This document shows positions 11,246-25,153 of a stretch of 64,000 nucleotides of DNA, piece by piece. The position numbers and the translations under genes were made by a program. A model generated the notes under the pieces. The model saw only the letters and a list, made by a program, of their open reading frames with translations, ran no database searches and was not told the origin of the DNA. The stretch is taken from the NCBI RefSeq assembly GCF_964204645.1, contig NC_134034.1:9746962-9810961 (forward strand), given 5' to 3'. Source of the stretch: Tubulanus polymorphus. Lineage: Eukaryota; Animalia; Nemertea. The stretch's first letter is position 1. Each line of letters starts with the position of its first letter.

Positions 11246-11909
11246 TTTAGACAGGCCTCATTTTATCTTTGTAGTAATAATTGCCTAACATGTCCAATCG
11301 ATGCTGGACGAACTGAAATGATGAATGATATATTCTCGCCAGGCACGTCATCTGGTGATATGGTTTAAGTGCCGAGGGGGGGGGGGGTGCGGTCGTAAGA
11401 GTACACTTCGTCGTTGTCGTTGTTAGGAAACATTAAAAAACAAAACAATGCAGCTCTTTTCAATAGCGCCGGTTCAATATCGACGCAATTGACACATTTT
11501 TTGTAGACTGGAAATATCGATTCAAACCGTGACAAATGAATCAAATATACTATATACCGCAGCGTCTACCGTCTGTCAAACAGTACAGAATCAATAAAAC
11601 TGAACTCATCCCGTCCTAAAACCGGGCGACCGTCTGTAAAAGTCTTCAGGCCTTGGTTTTTATCTTTTCGATAATGCGCGTCGCAGAAAATTGCTCGCCT
11701 ATCGCTACCGTCTTCGCCGTAACGACTTGACCAATAACCGCTACACCGATCAATCAGTGAACGTCGCTTAGAAATTGTTTGCTAGTTCTTTCGCTTAGAT
11801 GATTACAACGCCGCCGCCGTAAGAAACGTAATCAATCGACCACGCGCTAATCTAAACACACGAGCAACCTACGAGTGACAACATCGGTCTGTGAACAGTC
11901 TCACACAAC

Positions 11910-12730
11910 TTAGACCCAGTTTAAGACCATCTCAGTTCTATAGCCAATCTAACACCTTAAGACTAGTTAGTCTAAGCTCATTTTGGTTCTATAGCCAATC
12001 TAACAACTTAAGACCAGTCTAAGCTCAGTTTGGTTCTATAGCCAATCTAACAATCTAAGACCAGTCTAAGCTCATTTTGGTTCTAAAGCCAATCTAACAA
12101 CTTAAGACCAGTCTAAGCTCATTTTGTTCTATAGCCAATCTAACAATTTAAGACCGGTCTAAGCTCATTTTAGTTCTATAGCCAATCTAACAACTTAAGA
12201 CCAGTCTAAGCTCATTTTAGTTCTATAGCCAATCTAACAATTTAAGACCAGTCTAAGCTCATTTTGGTTCTATAGCCAATCTAACACCTTAAGACCTGTC
12301 TAAGCTCATTTTGTTCTATAGCCAATCTAACAACTTAAGACCAGTATAAGCTCATTTTAGTTCTATAGCCAATCTAACAACTTAAGACCAGTCTAAGCTC
12401 ATTTTGGTTCTATAACCAATCAAACACCTTAAGACCAGTCTAAGCTCAATTTGGTTCTATAGCCAATCTAACACCTTAAGACCGGTCTAAGCTCATTTTG
12501 TTATATAGCCAATCTAACTATTTAAGACCAGTCTAAGCTCATTTTGGTTCTATAGCCAATCTAACACCTTAAGACCTGTCTAAGCTCATTTTGTTCTATA
12601 GCCAATCTAACAACTTAAGACCAGTCTAAGCTCATTTTGGTTCTATAGCCAATCTAACAACTTAAGACCAGTCTAAGCTCATTTTGGTTCTATAACCAAT
12701 CAAACACCTTAAGACCAGTCTAAGCTCATT
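11910..12730 (-). repeat. 47-bp satellite, array 3
   Basis: Reverse-complement units, about 17 copies. Confidence 0.95.
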
Positions 12731-13910
12731 CTAAGATTTATGGCGATTTTTGAACTTATTTTCATGACTGTAAAACTGGGGCCTCGACATTGATATCAGC
12801 ATTTGAGGTCCCTATGTCTCACGGTGTCCTGTTGACTACGGCAAAACATCGTTCCAAATTCAACAAACCTATAACCCTCAATGAAAATAAAAACTGATTC
12901 ACTGAAAAAAAAAACAGCATCTGCCGATTAACTAATTAATTGGTAGGATTAATTGATTAATCGATTAATTGATTCATCAATTTCTTTACATCCATACATG
13001 AGAAAATTTTAAAGAAAAGAAAATAATCGTTTTTATCCAATGAATAAAACGGACTAGCTCATCCCTGCGGTTGTAAAAACATCTGAAATCGTGGACTTCC
13101 ATATTTGAGTTCACGGTTAAACTAGAAAACAACAAGTGCAAGGACATACGCTGTTTATCCGCTCGATTGAAAAACCAGACGACGGCGAAGCAGTTTAAAA
13201 AGTTGATATTCAGCTGGCGACCTTGGTTTATTCCGATCGCCTCGGTTATAAATCGATCGAACGCTGAAAAGAACGCGCGCGAGTGCGTACTGACGTCGCA
13301 CGCAGCGTTCGAACTTAAATCGTCTGTATTGAAATCGCGCATTAAATAGGCCTATTGAAACTAATTTCGTCAATTCAAATATTTTTTGTGGACAATAAAA
13401 TTATCTATCTATCTAACGTAACTTAATCGCCAATACTTAAACGATACACGCGGCCACAGGGGCGGATTTAGGTGGCGGTCTCGGGGGCCCGGAACTCCGG
13501 CCTCCCACAAGGTTGTTTGTCCTTTTCATCACTAGGGAATGGTTAAAATCTGCAAATTTGACACGTGTCTTTTTGGATTTTAGATTTCTTCGAAAATATC
13601 TGATACTGAGGGTGGGACCCGCTAGTAGTAGTGGCTGATCAAGGGGGCTTGAGCACCCCCTTTTTCGGCCTCACACCCCTTTTTTCGGCCAAGTGACCTT
13701 GGAATTTTCTTCCCAAGAATTAAGTTTAGAAATTTGTGAAATTGTGCACATATTTCATTTCTAATTGCAACCCGGAAAGTGCTCAGAATGCACCTAAATG
13801 CATCTTACTTTTCAAAATTTTCTCGGGTCCCCATACCCTCCACGCGTAAGTAGTGACCCAAATAAGTAGTGGGCGACCCCTTTTTCGAACCTAACGGCCG
13901 CTTAATCTAG

Positions 13911-13949
<39 letters not shown>

Positions 13950-14560
13950 TTTATTTCTTATATACCGCGCTCTGTATACATATCAGCGCGGTTTACAAAT
14001 ATACAAGGCTACAAAAACAATTAAGAACAGTCAATCAAAATATTGCCTAAAAAGAAAAGAAAAAATGGGCTTTAGATGGGCCTTTTCTCTTTTTCTGTAC
14101 CCCTGCCTCCCAAATATCCAAGATCCGCCCCCGGTGTCGGTATCGTTCATTTGGTAGCCGAAAATGTGTCGACGGACCGCACGGACCCGCGAAGAGACAA
14201 AGTTCCCCCATTCGCCTCGATCAACATAGATGTTTTTCCAACGCGTGATGATGACGACCTTCACCCGAATACCGCCGCGTCGGAATCGAAATCGGATAAC
14301 AACGCGAAGCACACACGCAAGTAAAGTACATGTGCGTTTGTTTGATTATTCAAGCGGTATCAAAATATTATTTTTACGTCGGTCTGACGGCTTCGAACGA
14401 GAACAGCGGTTATGGAATCGATTTCATAATATGAACTTCAGCGTTTAACTAGGCAAGAAAGGGAAAGCGAGATGTGTGGCTGAGAGAGATATAAGGGAGG
14501 GGGGAACATATTGGGATGGTCCCGGTCCTTGCGCTCCTGACGGAGATCGTTAAAAGAAAA

Positions 14561-14740
14561 TTCTGTAAACTCGACCGCCGATCGCACAACTATATCTGTA
14601 CTTCGATTTCCGATTTCAAAATCAAACCCCCTCCCCGTTTCGCTCCCGGCAGGTGTCGTGGGTCTGTAAGGGACGCTCAATCAAAAAATCTAACAAAATT
14701 TACAAACCAAATAAACAACAGGGACAATCCCTATTTTAAG
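14561..14740 (+). repeat. ~180-bp duplicated segment (second copy 47702-47878)
   Basis: Colinear match cacaactatatctgtacttcgatttccgatttcaaaatcaaacccc...gggacaatccctattttaag. Confidence 0.85.
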
Positions 14741-15238
14741 ATCAAAACCTATGAACTAGGCAATTGTCGGAAATTGTATCTGCTGCCGTAGGAGGGACCG
14801 CACCGGTGTCATTCGAAATAACACCTTTATCCGAGAGATGCCTTTTCTTTCGGACCCCTGTGGCCTTCAAAAAATTACATAGGTCAGTAGCAGAGATATA
14901 GGTTTAAGGATGTCCGCTTGGTGGCCATCTTGATTCTGACCAGTTTTCGGGCCGTAGATTTGTCTCTCGAGGGTAGATACGCGTACAAACCAAATATTAA
15001 CCTCAAAAAAAAAAAATGTATACTTAATTCAAACCTTTTAAAACCGCGCCATAACTGACCCTCACGCGACAGATAAGTCAACTTCGTCGAAACGCATTAA
15101 CAAACATGCGATTTTTCAATATCGATATCCCTTTTTTTAATAAACCGATTCGAAGTAATAAAATACAAATTTGAACAGCTGTCCATCCGCGCGTATTTTG
15201 TTCGAATATATCACACGTGTACATACTCGGCAGCAGCG

Positions 15239-15278
<40 letters not shown>

Positions 15279-15519
15279 CAAAAAGAGAAAAAATCATTAT
15301 AGCATATATTCATTTCCACCCACTTTAGACCGGTTTCAAATGTTTTTCTTTTTCTATCGCCGAGCGAAAAACACAATTCCCGCGCCACGAAAGTCAAGGT
15401 CAAAATTTTCTTTACTTTTATCTGCATTCTTTATCTGTACGAAGAGTTTTCAGAGTCAACTCATTGAACTAATCTTAACTCGTGAGATGATTCCGAGTCA
15501 AGTCGTAACTTCACCGGCG

Positions 15520-15720
15520 ATATTTTTCGATCGAAAATGAACTACAAACACCAGATATTAGACACTATATCAGAACACTTTCAAAAACCGATCATCTACA
15601 CTTTTCACATGTTCAGTACTTCGCCTGAGATATCGTTTAATCGAAAATGAACTACAAACATTAGATTTTAACATTTTATCCGAACATTTTCAAAAACTGA
15701 TAGTTCACACTTCACATGTG
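15520..15720 (+). repeat. ~108-bp dispersed repeat family (also 16890-17110 rev, 22335-22521, 29965-30085 rev, 57497-57613, 60425-60690, 63062-63337)
   Basis: gaaaatgaactacaaacaccagacattagacattttatcagcacactttcaaaaactgatcgtccacacttcacatgtgttcagtacttcacctgag, present as 1-2.5 tandem units per locus. Confidence 0.85.
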
Positions 15721-16139
15721 ATAATAACGAACTCCAAACGCGATCGTTCAGAATTTCAACCGACGAGGCATTTTCAAACGCGACCACATTAGTAATTTCT
15801 ATCGATACACAAGTATTAACAAGTATTCACCTAACAAACGAAAAAGGTGGTTCCTAAACAGCGTATTGATACCCGCTAAGTTACGGAGCACCGCTTTTGT
15901 TGATATTTCGGTGTTGGGAAGGTAATACATTGTGTTTTCCACGTGTGCACGCACCCACCAGCAATGCCTTTTTCATCAAATTAAGTGCACCGCACAACTT
16001 CACATTTCGCACTCAAATAACAAGAGGCAAGAAGCTCTCGAATTTTGCAAAACACCTGGCTTATATGTTATATACATGATGTCAATTGTTCACCACGTGG
16101 AGGGAGCGTCCTGAAAAGTACATATTCATACAAGCGATA

Positions 16140-16635
16140 GTTGACAATGGTTTTCATGCGTCAGTTCCCATTGCATTTCCATTGCATCTACTGGGCCGGT
16201 AAATGAACTTTTTGAATTTCGATCCTGTTCCTCAGTTATTCAGAGGTCATGTCGCTGAAAAACAGTGTTTTTAGTGCCCAGTACTGCCACCAGGTGGCAC
16301 ACATAGCCTATTTTTGTAGTGCACAGTTTGACCACCTGTACTAACATTGTACCCGAGTTTCATCAAGATCAAACAAGTATTAACGAAGCAAAGTAGCTGA
16401 AAGACTGATACCCAGATAGACAGACCCACTGACCCACAGACAGACAGACTGACCCACTGAAAGACAGACTGACAGGCAGATAAACACACTGACCCACTGA
16501 AAGACACACTGACAGACAGACATACTCACAGATAGACTGACAGACACACTGACAGACAGATAAACACACTGACCCACTGACAGACAGACATACTGACAGG
16601 CAGACTGACAGACACACTGACCCACTGAAAGACAG
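16140..16635 (+). mobile_element. DINE-1/Helentron-like non-autonomous element with (GACA)-rich tract
   Basis: Body shared with 30525-30830 (agttcccattgcatttcc...acccgagtttcatcaagatc...tattaacgaagc), followed by a GACA/GACT compound microsatellite at 16410-16635. Confidence 0.5.
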
Positions 16636-17952
16636 TTCTCGATCTAATCATTTGCATTTATTGAAGTTTCCTTCGTTTCTCCCGTCATTTGAATTCAATT
16701 CACACAATTTTGACTCCTTACGAATTTTTCATTGCATTCCTTCCTTATATTTATGCGGGAAATAAAACGCAAACATCACTTGATTCGCGATGATTTGCGA
16801 CCTATAAAATTAATCATGTCAGGAAGATCAATTTTTTCCCCATACAATTTCTGACATCTGTTTTTCATTTGAAAATTTCTCAGGGGAAATTCTGAACACA
16901 CGCGAAGTGTAGACGATCAGTTGCTGAAAGTGTGCTGATAAAATGTCTAATATTTGGCGTTTTCAGTTCATTTTCAATTGAATATGTCTCAGGTGAAGCA
17001 CTGAACACACGTGAAGTGTGGACGATCGGTTGCTGAAAGTGTGTTGATAAAATGTTTTTAGTTCATTTTCAAATAGTCGAAGTACTGAACGCATGCGTAG
17101 TGTGGACGATAAAAAATCAAAGAATAGAAACGAAATATGAAATGAGCGAGGGTGGTGATGTCGAGATAGCAGAATGATACCACCATCCCCGCCCCCCTTC
17201 TGCGACTGAACGAAACCAGTCTCGTGAGAATCTATATATATATATATATGTGTATATATGTGTATATTTTCGGGTAAGTCCCCAATTTACGACAGCCGTC
17301 GCCTAAAAACAAAAAAGCTTTGTTTCGACTTCGCCGATGAAAAGCGTGACGAGCGACGCTGCTTTCTCACGTTCTCTTCTAGCTATTAAATGATTACCGG
17401 CAAAACGCTGCTGGCGCGCAATCGCTCCATCGCCACGAACAGCATCTTAATTCGAAGCTTCGATTTAACGCAACTCTTCGCGACGATCGATTTTCGCAGA
17501 ATCGAATTTTGTACTTTCCGCAAAAAACAAAAAAAAACGTCACACGCGGCGTTCGTTTTCACGGGGGCCGTCTTTTATTTCGAACGGAGAAAAAACCCCT
17601 AATTATTATGACTAGTGGAGGTTTTTTTTTCTGTGTGAGGAGTGTTATTCTAAGGCGAAGCGTTCCCGACAGGCACAGAAAACCTTGAAACAAGAAACGG
17701 TTTTCGCACACTTCGTCGTTAAGTTCACTGCGTGCGATCGGTGAATTAAACAAGAAACATACTGAAACGAACTTACAACGCCACCTATAAACGGGAAAAG
17801 GAGTGTTTGTATCGCATGATATCAAAATGATCCCGATTTTGATCAGTTGAACAAACGGTAAGGTAGTTGATAGAAGCATGATGGGTTTAGACTTAGTTTT
17901 AAATCTAAGCCTCCACTGTCCAAATAGTCCAATGATTCGGGAGTCAAGTGCT

Positions 17953-18581
17953 GGCCCCGGTTCAACATTGTGACCTAAGTCCAAAATGAACCAAAATGAG
18001 CTTAGACTGGTCTTCAGTTGTTAGATTGGCTATAGAACCAAAATAAGCTTAGACTGGTCTTAAGTTGTTAGATTGGCTATAGAACCAAAATGAGCTTAGA
18101 CTGGTCTCAAGTTGTTAGATTGGCTATAGAACCAAAATGAGCTTAGACTGGTCTTAAGTTGTTAGATTGGCTATAGAACCAAAATGAGCTTAGACTGGTC
18201 TTAAGGTGTTAGATTGGCTATAGAACCAAAATGAGCTTAGACTGGTCTTAAGTTGTTAGATTGGTTATAGAACTAAAATGAGTTTATACTGGTCTTAAGG
18301 TGTTAGATTGGCTATAGAACCAAAATGAGCTTGGACTGGTCTTAAGTTGTTAGATTGGCTATGGAACCAAAATGAGTTTAGACTGATCTTAAGTTGTTAG
18401 ATTGGTTATAGAACCAAAATGAGCTTAGACTGGTTTTAAGTTGTTAGATTGGTTATAGAACCAAAATGAGCTTAGACTGGTCTTAAGTTCTTAGATTGGC
18501 TATAAAACCAAAATGAGCTTAGACTGGTCTTAAGTTGTTTGATTGATTATAGAACCAAAATCAGCTTAGACTGGTCTTAAG
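17953..18581 (+). repeat. 47-bp satellite, array 4, preceded by a MITE left end
   Basis: ggccccggtt...aagtccaaaa terminus, then about 12 units. Confidence 0.95.
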
Positions 18582-19554
18582 TGATGATAGGTCGAACCGA
18601 ACCCGAAATGCACTTATATCTAATCGTTGATAGGATTCACGCTCGTCGTAAACAAATCTCCGAGTTGGATCGTACAGAACCGATTCGTGTTTTTACAACT
18701 ACAGGTGGATTAAACCAGCTGAACACGTGAAACGAGACGAGCGAACGAATGTTATAATATTCCGCGCGGGGAAAACATTACATATTCCGCCGCGTGTCAT
18801 CGTAAATCGATATCTGAATTATCATCGTTCGCCGCCACATATTATGCAAGTAATACATAGCTCTCTCGAATTATCGGAAGTTTGTTTCGAAATTCTCCGA
18901 TTCGAGAGTCGAGATAGAGAACTCGACGGCACGTTTTTATTACGTCATATCGTTCGTTAAGATTTCACGCGGCGAATTCGACGCGATCGCCCGAGCGTTT
19001 TTTAGCCCGTGCCAAATTTTGCCCAGAACAACCGTTCACACGGGTGCCCGATGGGCTCGGGCCAAACAGGCATGATCGTATAATCAAGTTTGGCCCGGGC
19101 CAAAAATGCTTGTGCGATTGCCGCTTAGAGCACAGGCAAAATTTGGCTCGAGTCTGATCCCGGACAATTTGGCCGAATCTTCTCCTTGTCTGATTGCGAC
19201 TATGTACTATGTATGTATCCGAGTGGCGAAAAAAAATCATAATCAACACATGCGAAAAAGAGCTCTCATTCTCGAAATAGAACCGCTGATCTCGCCATGG
19301 GCTATCCTGAAAATCACGACCGACCGACCGTCAATGAGGCATCAGTTCAACTGATAAACACACATGGCTGGAATCCGTGTAAACGTTTCAATGAACAGGA
19401 TTTTTATGAGAACCAAAATTTTTTCTCGTTGCGTTATGAAGTTACAAATTGTGTAAGAACGAATAACACAAAACTTCGTGTTCTATACGCGCATCGTGTG
19501 TTTACTGTAGAACCACTGAACCTAACGGTGTAATACAATCAGCTATACTGACTG

Positions 19555-20020
19555 AGTTCAAACAGTTGTGTGGGTTTAATTTGACTCTGGATCCAATTCA
19601 AACAGTTGTCAGAGTTTAATTTGTCTCTGAACTCAGTTCCACCGTTGTGTGGGTTTAATTTGACTCTGAACTCATTTCCACAGTTGTGTGGGTTTAATTT
19701 GACTCTGAACTCATTTCCACAGTTGTGTGGGTTTAATTTGACTCTGAACTCATTTCCACAGTTGCGTGGGTTTAATTTGACTCTTGATTCTAGTTCCACA
19801 GTTGAGTGGGATTAATTTGACTCTGAACTCATTTCCACAGTTGAGTGGGTTTAATTTGACTCTGGATCCAATTCAAAGAGTTGTGTGGGTTTAATTTGAT
19901 TCTGGGTCCAGTTCAAACAGTTGTGTGGGTTTAGTTTGACTTTGGACCCAGTTCAAACAGTTGACAGAGTTTAATTTGTCTCTGAACTCATTTCCACAGT
20001 TGTGTGGGTTTAATTTGACC
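19555..20020 (+). repeat. 39-bp tandem array, array 1
   Basis: gtgtgggtttaatttgactctggatccagttccacagtt and variants, about 12 copies. Confidence 0.95.
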
Positions 20021-20479
20021 CCCCAAGGATCCGGTTCGGGTAATACAGTAAACTATGCCACTGGTGTAATCCAATTACGTGTATGTCTGCCAATCTGCAT
20101 CATAAGAACCCCATCCCTCACGAGGGCAAAGCTTTCAACTATAAATGTTATTGCATTGGCTGAGATTTTGTTGAATAAACATCTTATTCGTTAGTTATCT
20201 TGTAGTTCTATTTGCCTCTTCTATGTGTCTTCCTCTCGCACTGACTAGCAACATTGAACGAGGTCGATGACCCCCATCTCCAGATCAGACGTTTCTTCGC
20301 TGTAGATTGGAAAAAGAAGCCACATGCATACATATACTAACAGCATAATCATGAATATGCCCAGTGAGTTAGTGAAATTGAAAACCATCTCGATGGTTAA
20401 AACTGAGACCAGTCTATGAAACAGGTCGCTGCGAAACACTTAATTCACGATTCCAAATCAAACCCGGGCTTGGATCGGT

Positions 20480-21860
20480 AAAATTATGATTAGTTACCGA
20501 TGACGACCCTCTCATTCTCACTGACTTCAACGGTTCAGTAAAATTATGATTAGTTACTTATGATGACCTCATTCTCAATAACTTCTATATAATTCAGTAA
20601 AATTATGATTAGTTACTAATGGCGACCTATTCATTCTCACTGACTTCAAGGATTCAGCAAAATTATGATTAGTTACTTATGATGACCTCATTCTCAATAA
20701 CTTCTATTTAATTCCGTAAAATTATGATTAGTTACTAATGGCGACCTATTCATTCTCACTGACTTCAAGGATTCAGTAAAATTATGATTAGTTACTTATG
20801 ATGACCTCATTCTCAATAACTTCTATTTAATTCAGTAAAATTATGATTAGTTACTAATGGCGACCTATTCATTCTCACTGACTTCAAGGATTCAGTAAAA
20901 TTATGATTAGTTACTTATGATGACCTCATTCTCATAGCTTCTATTTAATTCAGAAAAATTATGATTAGTTACTAATGGCGACCTATTCATTCTCACTGAC
21001 TTCAAGGATTCAGCAAAATTATGATTAGTTACTTATGATGACCTCATTCTCAATAACTTCTATTTAATTCAGTAAAATTATGATTAGTTACTAATGGCGA
21101 CCTATTCATTCTCACTGACTTCAAGGATTCAGTAAAATTATGATTAGTTACTTATGATGACCTCATTCTCAATAACTTCTATTTAATTCAGAAAAATTAT
21201 GATTAGTTACTAATGGCGACCTATTCATTCTCACTGACTTCAAGGATTCAGTAAAATTATGATTAGTTACTTATGATGACCTCATTCTCAATAACTTCTA
21301 TTTAATTCAGTAAAATTATGATTAGTTACTAATGGCGACCTATTCATTCTCACTGACTTCAAGGATTCAGTAAAATTATGATTAGTTACTTATGATGACC
21401 TCATTCTCAATAACTTCTATTTAATTCCGTAAAATTATGATTAGTTACTAATGGCGACCTATTCATTCTCACTGACTTCAAGGATTCAGCAAAATTATGA
21501 TTAGTTACTTATGATGACCTCATTCTCAATAACTTCTATTTAATTCAGTAAAATTATGATTAGTTACTAATGGCGACCTATTCATTCTCACTGACTTCAA
21601 GGATTCAGTAAAATTATGATTAGTTACTTATGATGACCTCATTCTCAATAACTTCTATATAATTCAGTTAAATTATGATTAGTTACTAATGGCGACCTAT
21701 TCATTCTCACTGACTTCAAGGATTCAGCAAAATTATGATTAGTTACTTATGATGACCTCATTCTCAATAACTTCTATTTAATTCAGTAAAATTATGATTA
21801 GTTACTAATGGCGACCTATTCATTCTCACTGACTTCAAGGATTCAGTAAAATTATGATTA
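20480..21860. repeat. 119-bp higher-order array of alternating 59- and 60-bp monomers
   Basis: Shared aaaattatgattagttact head; A tail tatgatgacctcattctcaataacttctatttaattcagt; B tail aatggcgacctattcattctcactgacttcaaggattcagt; about 11.5 dimers. Confidence 0.95.
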
Positions 21861-22809
21861 GGACATCTACAATCTGTACCAACTGCTTATTGATGAAAAT
21901 GAGCTACGACTGGTTATTTCTTCGATAAGTTTAGAGACGAAGTTGTTAGTTTTAAATTCAATTACGAGCGACAAATATCAAACTCTTAACTTAATCGCGA
22001 CAGAAATTCTAGAAATTTGAGCGCGAAACAAAAAAATACGCACCGCGAGTAACTGGAAAACCACGAATTTGAGATGCCTGACATTTCAGTCACCGGCTAT
22101 CGACAACTACGCACGCTTTAAACATTTACCTGAACTATCAGGAATCTTATCAACGCAATCGTATGAGAGAACAGAAAAAATGCATATAGACATCTGTAAA
22201 GTACATATTATCTGTTAAAGTAACATGGGAAACGCTTCGAAGAACCGCAGCTGGCGCCGGTTGGTTCTTCTTTTCGATCGGCAGTCCGACCTGACCATGG
22301 CTTCGATTAATACTTTCTATCGCTATGCTACCAAATACCGATCGTACACACTTCACGTGTGTTCAGTACTTCGCCTGAGACATTTCTAATTGAAAATGAA
22401 CTACAAACACCAGGTTTTAGACGTTTTATCGGCGCACTTTAAAAAACTGATCGTTCACACTTCACATGTGTTCAGAACTTCAACCGAGACATTTCTAATT
22501 GAAAATAAACTACAAACACCAGTTCCACTATATATAGAACTATCAGTTATAACAAACATATTTTCTGGTGCCCTAAAAGTTCGTAGTAATGAGGTTCCGC
22601 TGTAGTAATAAAATGCTGAAAGGGGGGGTGCAGTGCAGGCTGAAGGTCGGAGATTAAAAAACAACCTTCCATAAATAAAAAGATTCCCTTCACAGAGAAT
22701 TAATATTCATAAAATAAAACCCTCAAAGCGGAACGATTTAACATAATGCGCGACTGTCAAAATTTCGGTAACGAGTTTTACTGAATTTTTCTCCGCGTGC
22801 GTCACTCAC

Positions 22810-23120
22810 CTCGAAACGTGATTTACTCCTTCAAAAAATTCGCTCTGGAGAATGATATATCGTCCGTTCTGAAGTATCGCGCGAAACGTTTTAATCCGGT
22901 TTGAGATATTAATCTGAAAACGTTTGATTCGTAATGAGCGGTGACGGTATTTTCGGTCGGTGTTCGCGTAGCGCGGGCGCGCGGGGGCATTGACGTCTAC
23001 TATAACACAGCGTCGCCGTTAGAATTGTGAGCGAGCGAGCGAGCGAGCGAGCGAGCGTACGGTGGCAGTGTGTGTGTGCGTGTGTGTGCAACAGCGCGTC
23101 GCGCGCGCACACTTCCAACA
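22810..23120 (-). promoter_or_regulatory. Candidate proximal promoter/alternative first exon of EcR
   Basis: Consensus donor GAG|gtgagt at 22809 with no obvious upstream acceptor; CpG-rich patch with (GAGC)n and (TG)n and a CRE-like TGACGTC near 22991. Confidence 0.4.
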
Positions 23121-23185
23121 CTTCACAACACGGTATTATTAGCTATTGACACCTGCAGTTTTACCCGATATATTGAAAAATTTAG

Positions 23186-23687
23186 TCCCTACAATCCCAC
23201 TCCCAGCTCCCTACAATCACACTCCCAGCTCCCTACAATCACACTCCCAGCTCCCTAAAATCCCACTCCCAGCTCCCTACAATCCCACTCCCAGCTCCCT
23301 ACAATCACACTCCCAGCTCCCTACAATCCCACTCCCTGCTCCCTAAAATCCCACTCCCAGCTCCCTACAATCCCACTCCCTGCTCCCTACAATCACACTC
23401 CCAGCTCCCTACAGTCACACTACCTGCTCCCTACATTCCCACTCCCTGCTCCCTACAATCACACTCCCAGCTCCCTACAATCACAATACCTGCTCCCTAC
23501 ATTCCCACTCCCTGCTCCCTACAATCACACTACCTGCTCCCTACATTCCCACTCCCTGCTCCCTACAATCACACTCCCAGCTCCCTACAATCACAATACC
23601 TGCTCCCTACATTCCCACTCCCAGCTCCCTACAATCACAATACCTGCTCCCTACATTCCCACTCCCTGCTCCCTACAATCACACTAC
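23186..23687. repeat. 22-bp C-rich minisatellite (G-rich on the minus strand)
   Basis: ctcccagctccctacaatccca and variants, about 23 copies. Confidence 0.95.
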
Positions 23688-23901
23688 GTCCCTCTCCTCA
23701 TTTGAACAACACTTTTACCTTCAATCCTCACATTTTTTCTTCGCTTTCGTTGTATTTTTTTCGCCGAATACTAAATACTACATAATCATCGGTAGCACAT
23801 TTCAATAGCGCAGATAAGTGAGTGCGTGTACGTTCCAGGCCACTGGTATTAATTTACCTCATTTTTTATACATATCTAATATATGTAATATATAATAAAT
23901 A

Positions 23902-23962
<61 letters not shown>

Positions 23963-24487
23963 ATATCTCCCAAGTATCTATCGAAAAAATATTTGTTCAG
24001 GAAAATGGGTCAATGACGAACATGAATATGAATGACGTAATTATTTGTGAACTGTGTCAGAAAACTTTTGAAAGAGGAGAGGGGGAGATGGAGAAGGGGA
24101 GGGAGGGGAGAGAGGGGAGGGAGGAAAAGGGAGACCCAGTTGATTGGATTGGATAGGAAGAACAGTGAACAAACATTGTGTCATGTCAATGACCGCAATA
24201 CCGGGACCAATGTCCTTTACATTTCTAGTTTTAAATTTATAATTTCGAGAACCGTTATAAGGGACCGGGTCTTTTAAGCGGAAATTGAATTCATCTTCAA
24301 TCCCTAACCGGACTTATAAACCCACACGAACATTGAAAGTATTACAAGTATTATGTAGACGAATTCCCCATGCCCTATACACAATTTGAAAAGAGATAAA
24401 TGTTGGGTAGAGATAGTTTTTAAAAGATACGTAACAGCAAAAACAGTTTAGAAAAAACCTCATTTTCTAATCAGTAAAATAAATATA

Positions 24488-25153
24488 ATGAATCCTGGAT
24501 TGATGAGAGACCAGTGAAAGAGTGACTGACTGCTACCACCAGGATTCAAACACATGAACCCTGGATTGATGAGAGACCAGTGAAAGACTGACTGACCGCT
24601 ACCACCAGGATTCAAACACATGAATCCTGGATTGATGAGAGACCAGTGAAAGAGTGACTGACTGCTACAACCAGGATTCTGACACATGAACCCTGGATTG
24701 ATGAGAGACCAGTGAAAGACTGACTGACTGCTACCACCAGGATTCAAACACATGAATCCCGGATTGATGAGAGACCAGTGAAAGACTGACTGACTGCTAC
24801 CAGCAGGATTCAAACACATGAATCCTGGATTGATGAGAGACCAGTGAAAGACTGACTGACTGCTACCACCAGGATTCAAACACATGAATCCTGGATTGAT
24901 GAGAGACCAGTGAAAGAGTGACTGACTGCTACCACCAGGATTCAAACACATGAACCCTGGATTGATGAGAGACCAGTGAAAGACTGACTGACCGCTACAA
25001 CCAGGATTCAAACACATGAATCCCGGATTGATGAGAGACCAGTGAAAGACTGACTGACTGCTACCACTAGGATTCAAACACATGAATCCCGGATTGATGA
25101 GAGACCAGTGAAAGACTGACTGACTGCTACCACCAGGATTCAAACGCATGAAC
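24488..25153. repeat. 66-bp tandem array
   Basis: atgaatcctggattgatgagagaccagtgaaagactgactgactgctaccaccaggattcaaacac, 10 copies; a related single unit lies at ~28705-28740. Confidence 0.95.

Noticed and set aside
20480-21860. CRISPR-like pattern (constant head plus intervening segments)
   Set aside because: The intervening segments are two alternating related sequences, not unique spacers; there are no cas genes and the context is a eukaryotic intron.
24460-25149. 229-aa ORF of 22-aa repeats resembling a polyprotein or peptide precursor
   Set aside because: It is a direct translation of a 66-bp array related to a dispersed repeat, with no signal peptide, dibasic sites or splice signals.
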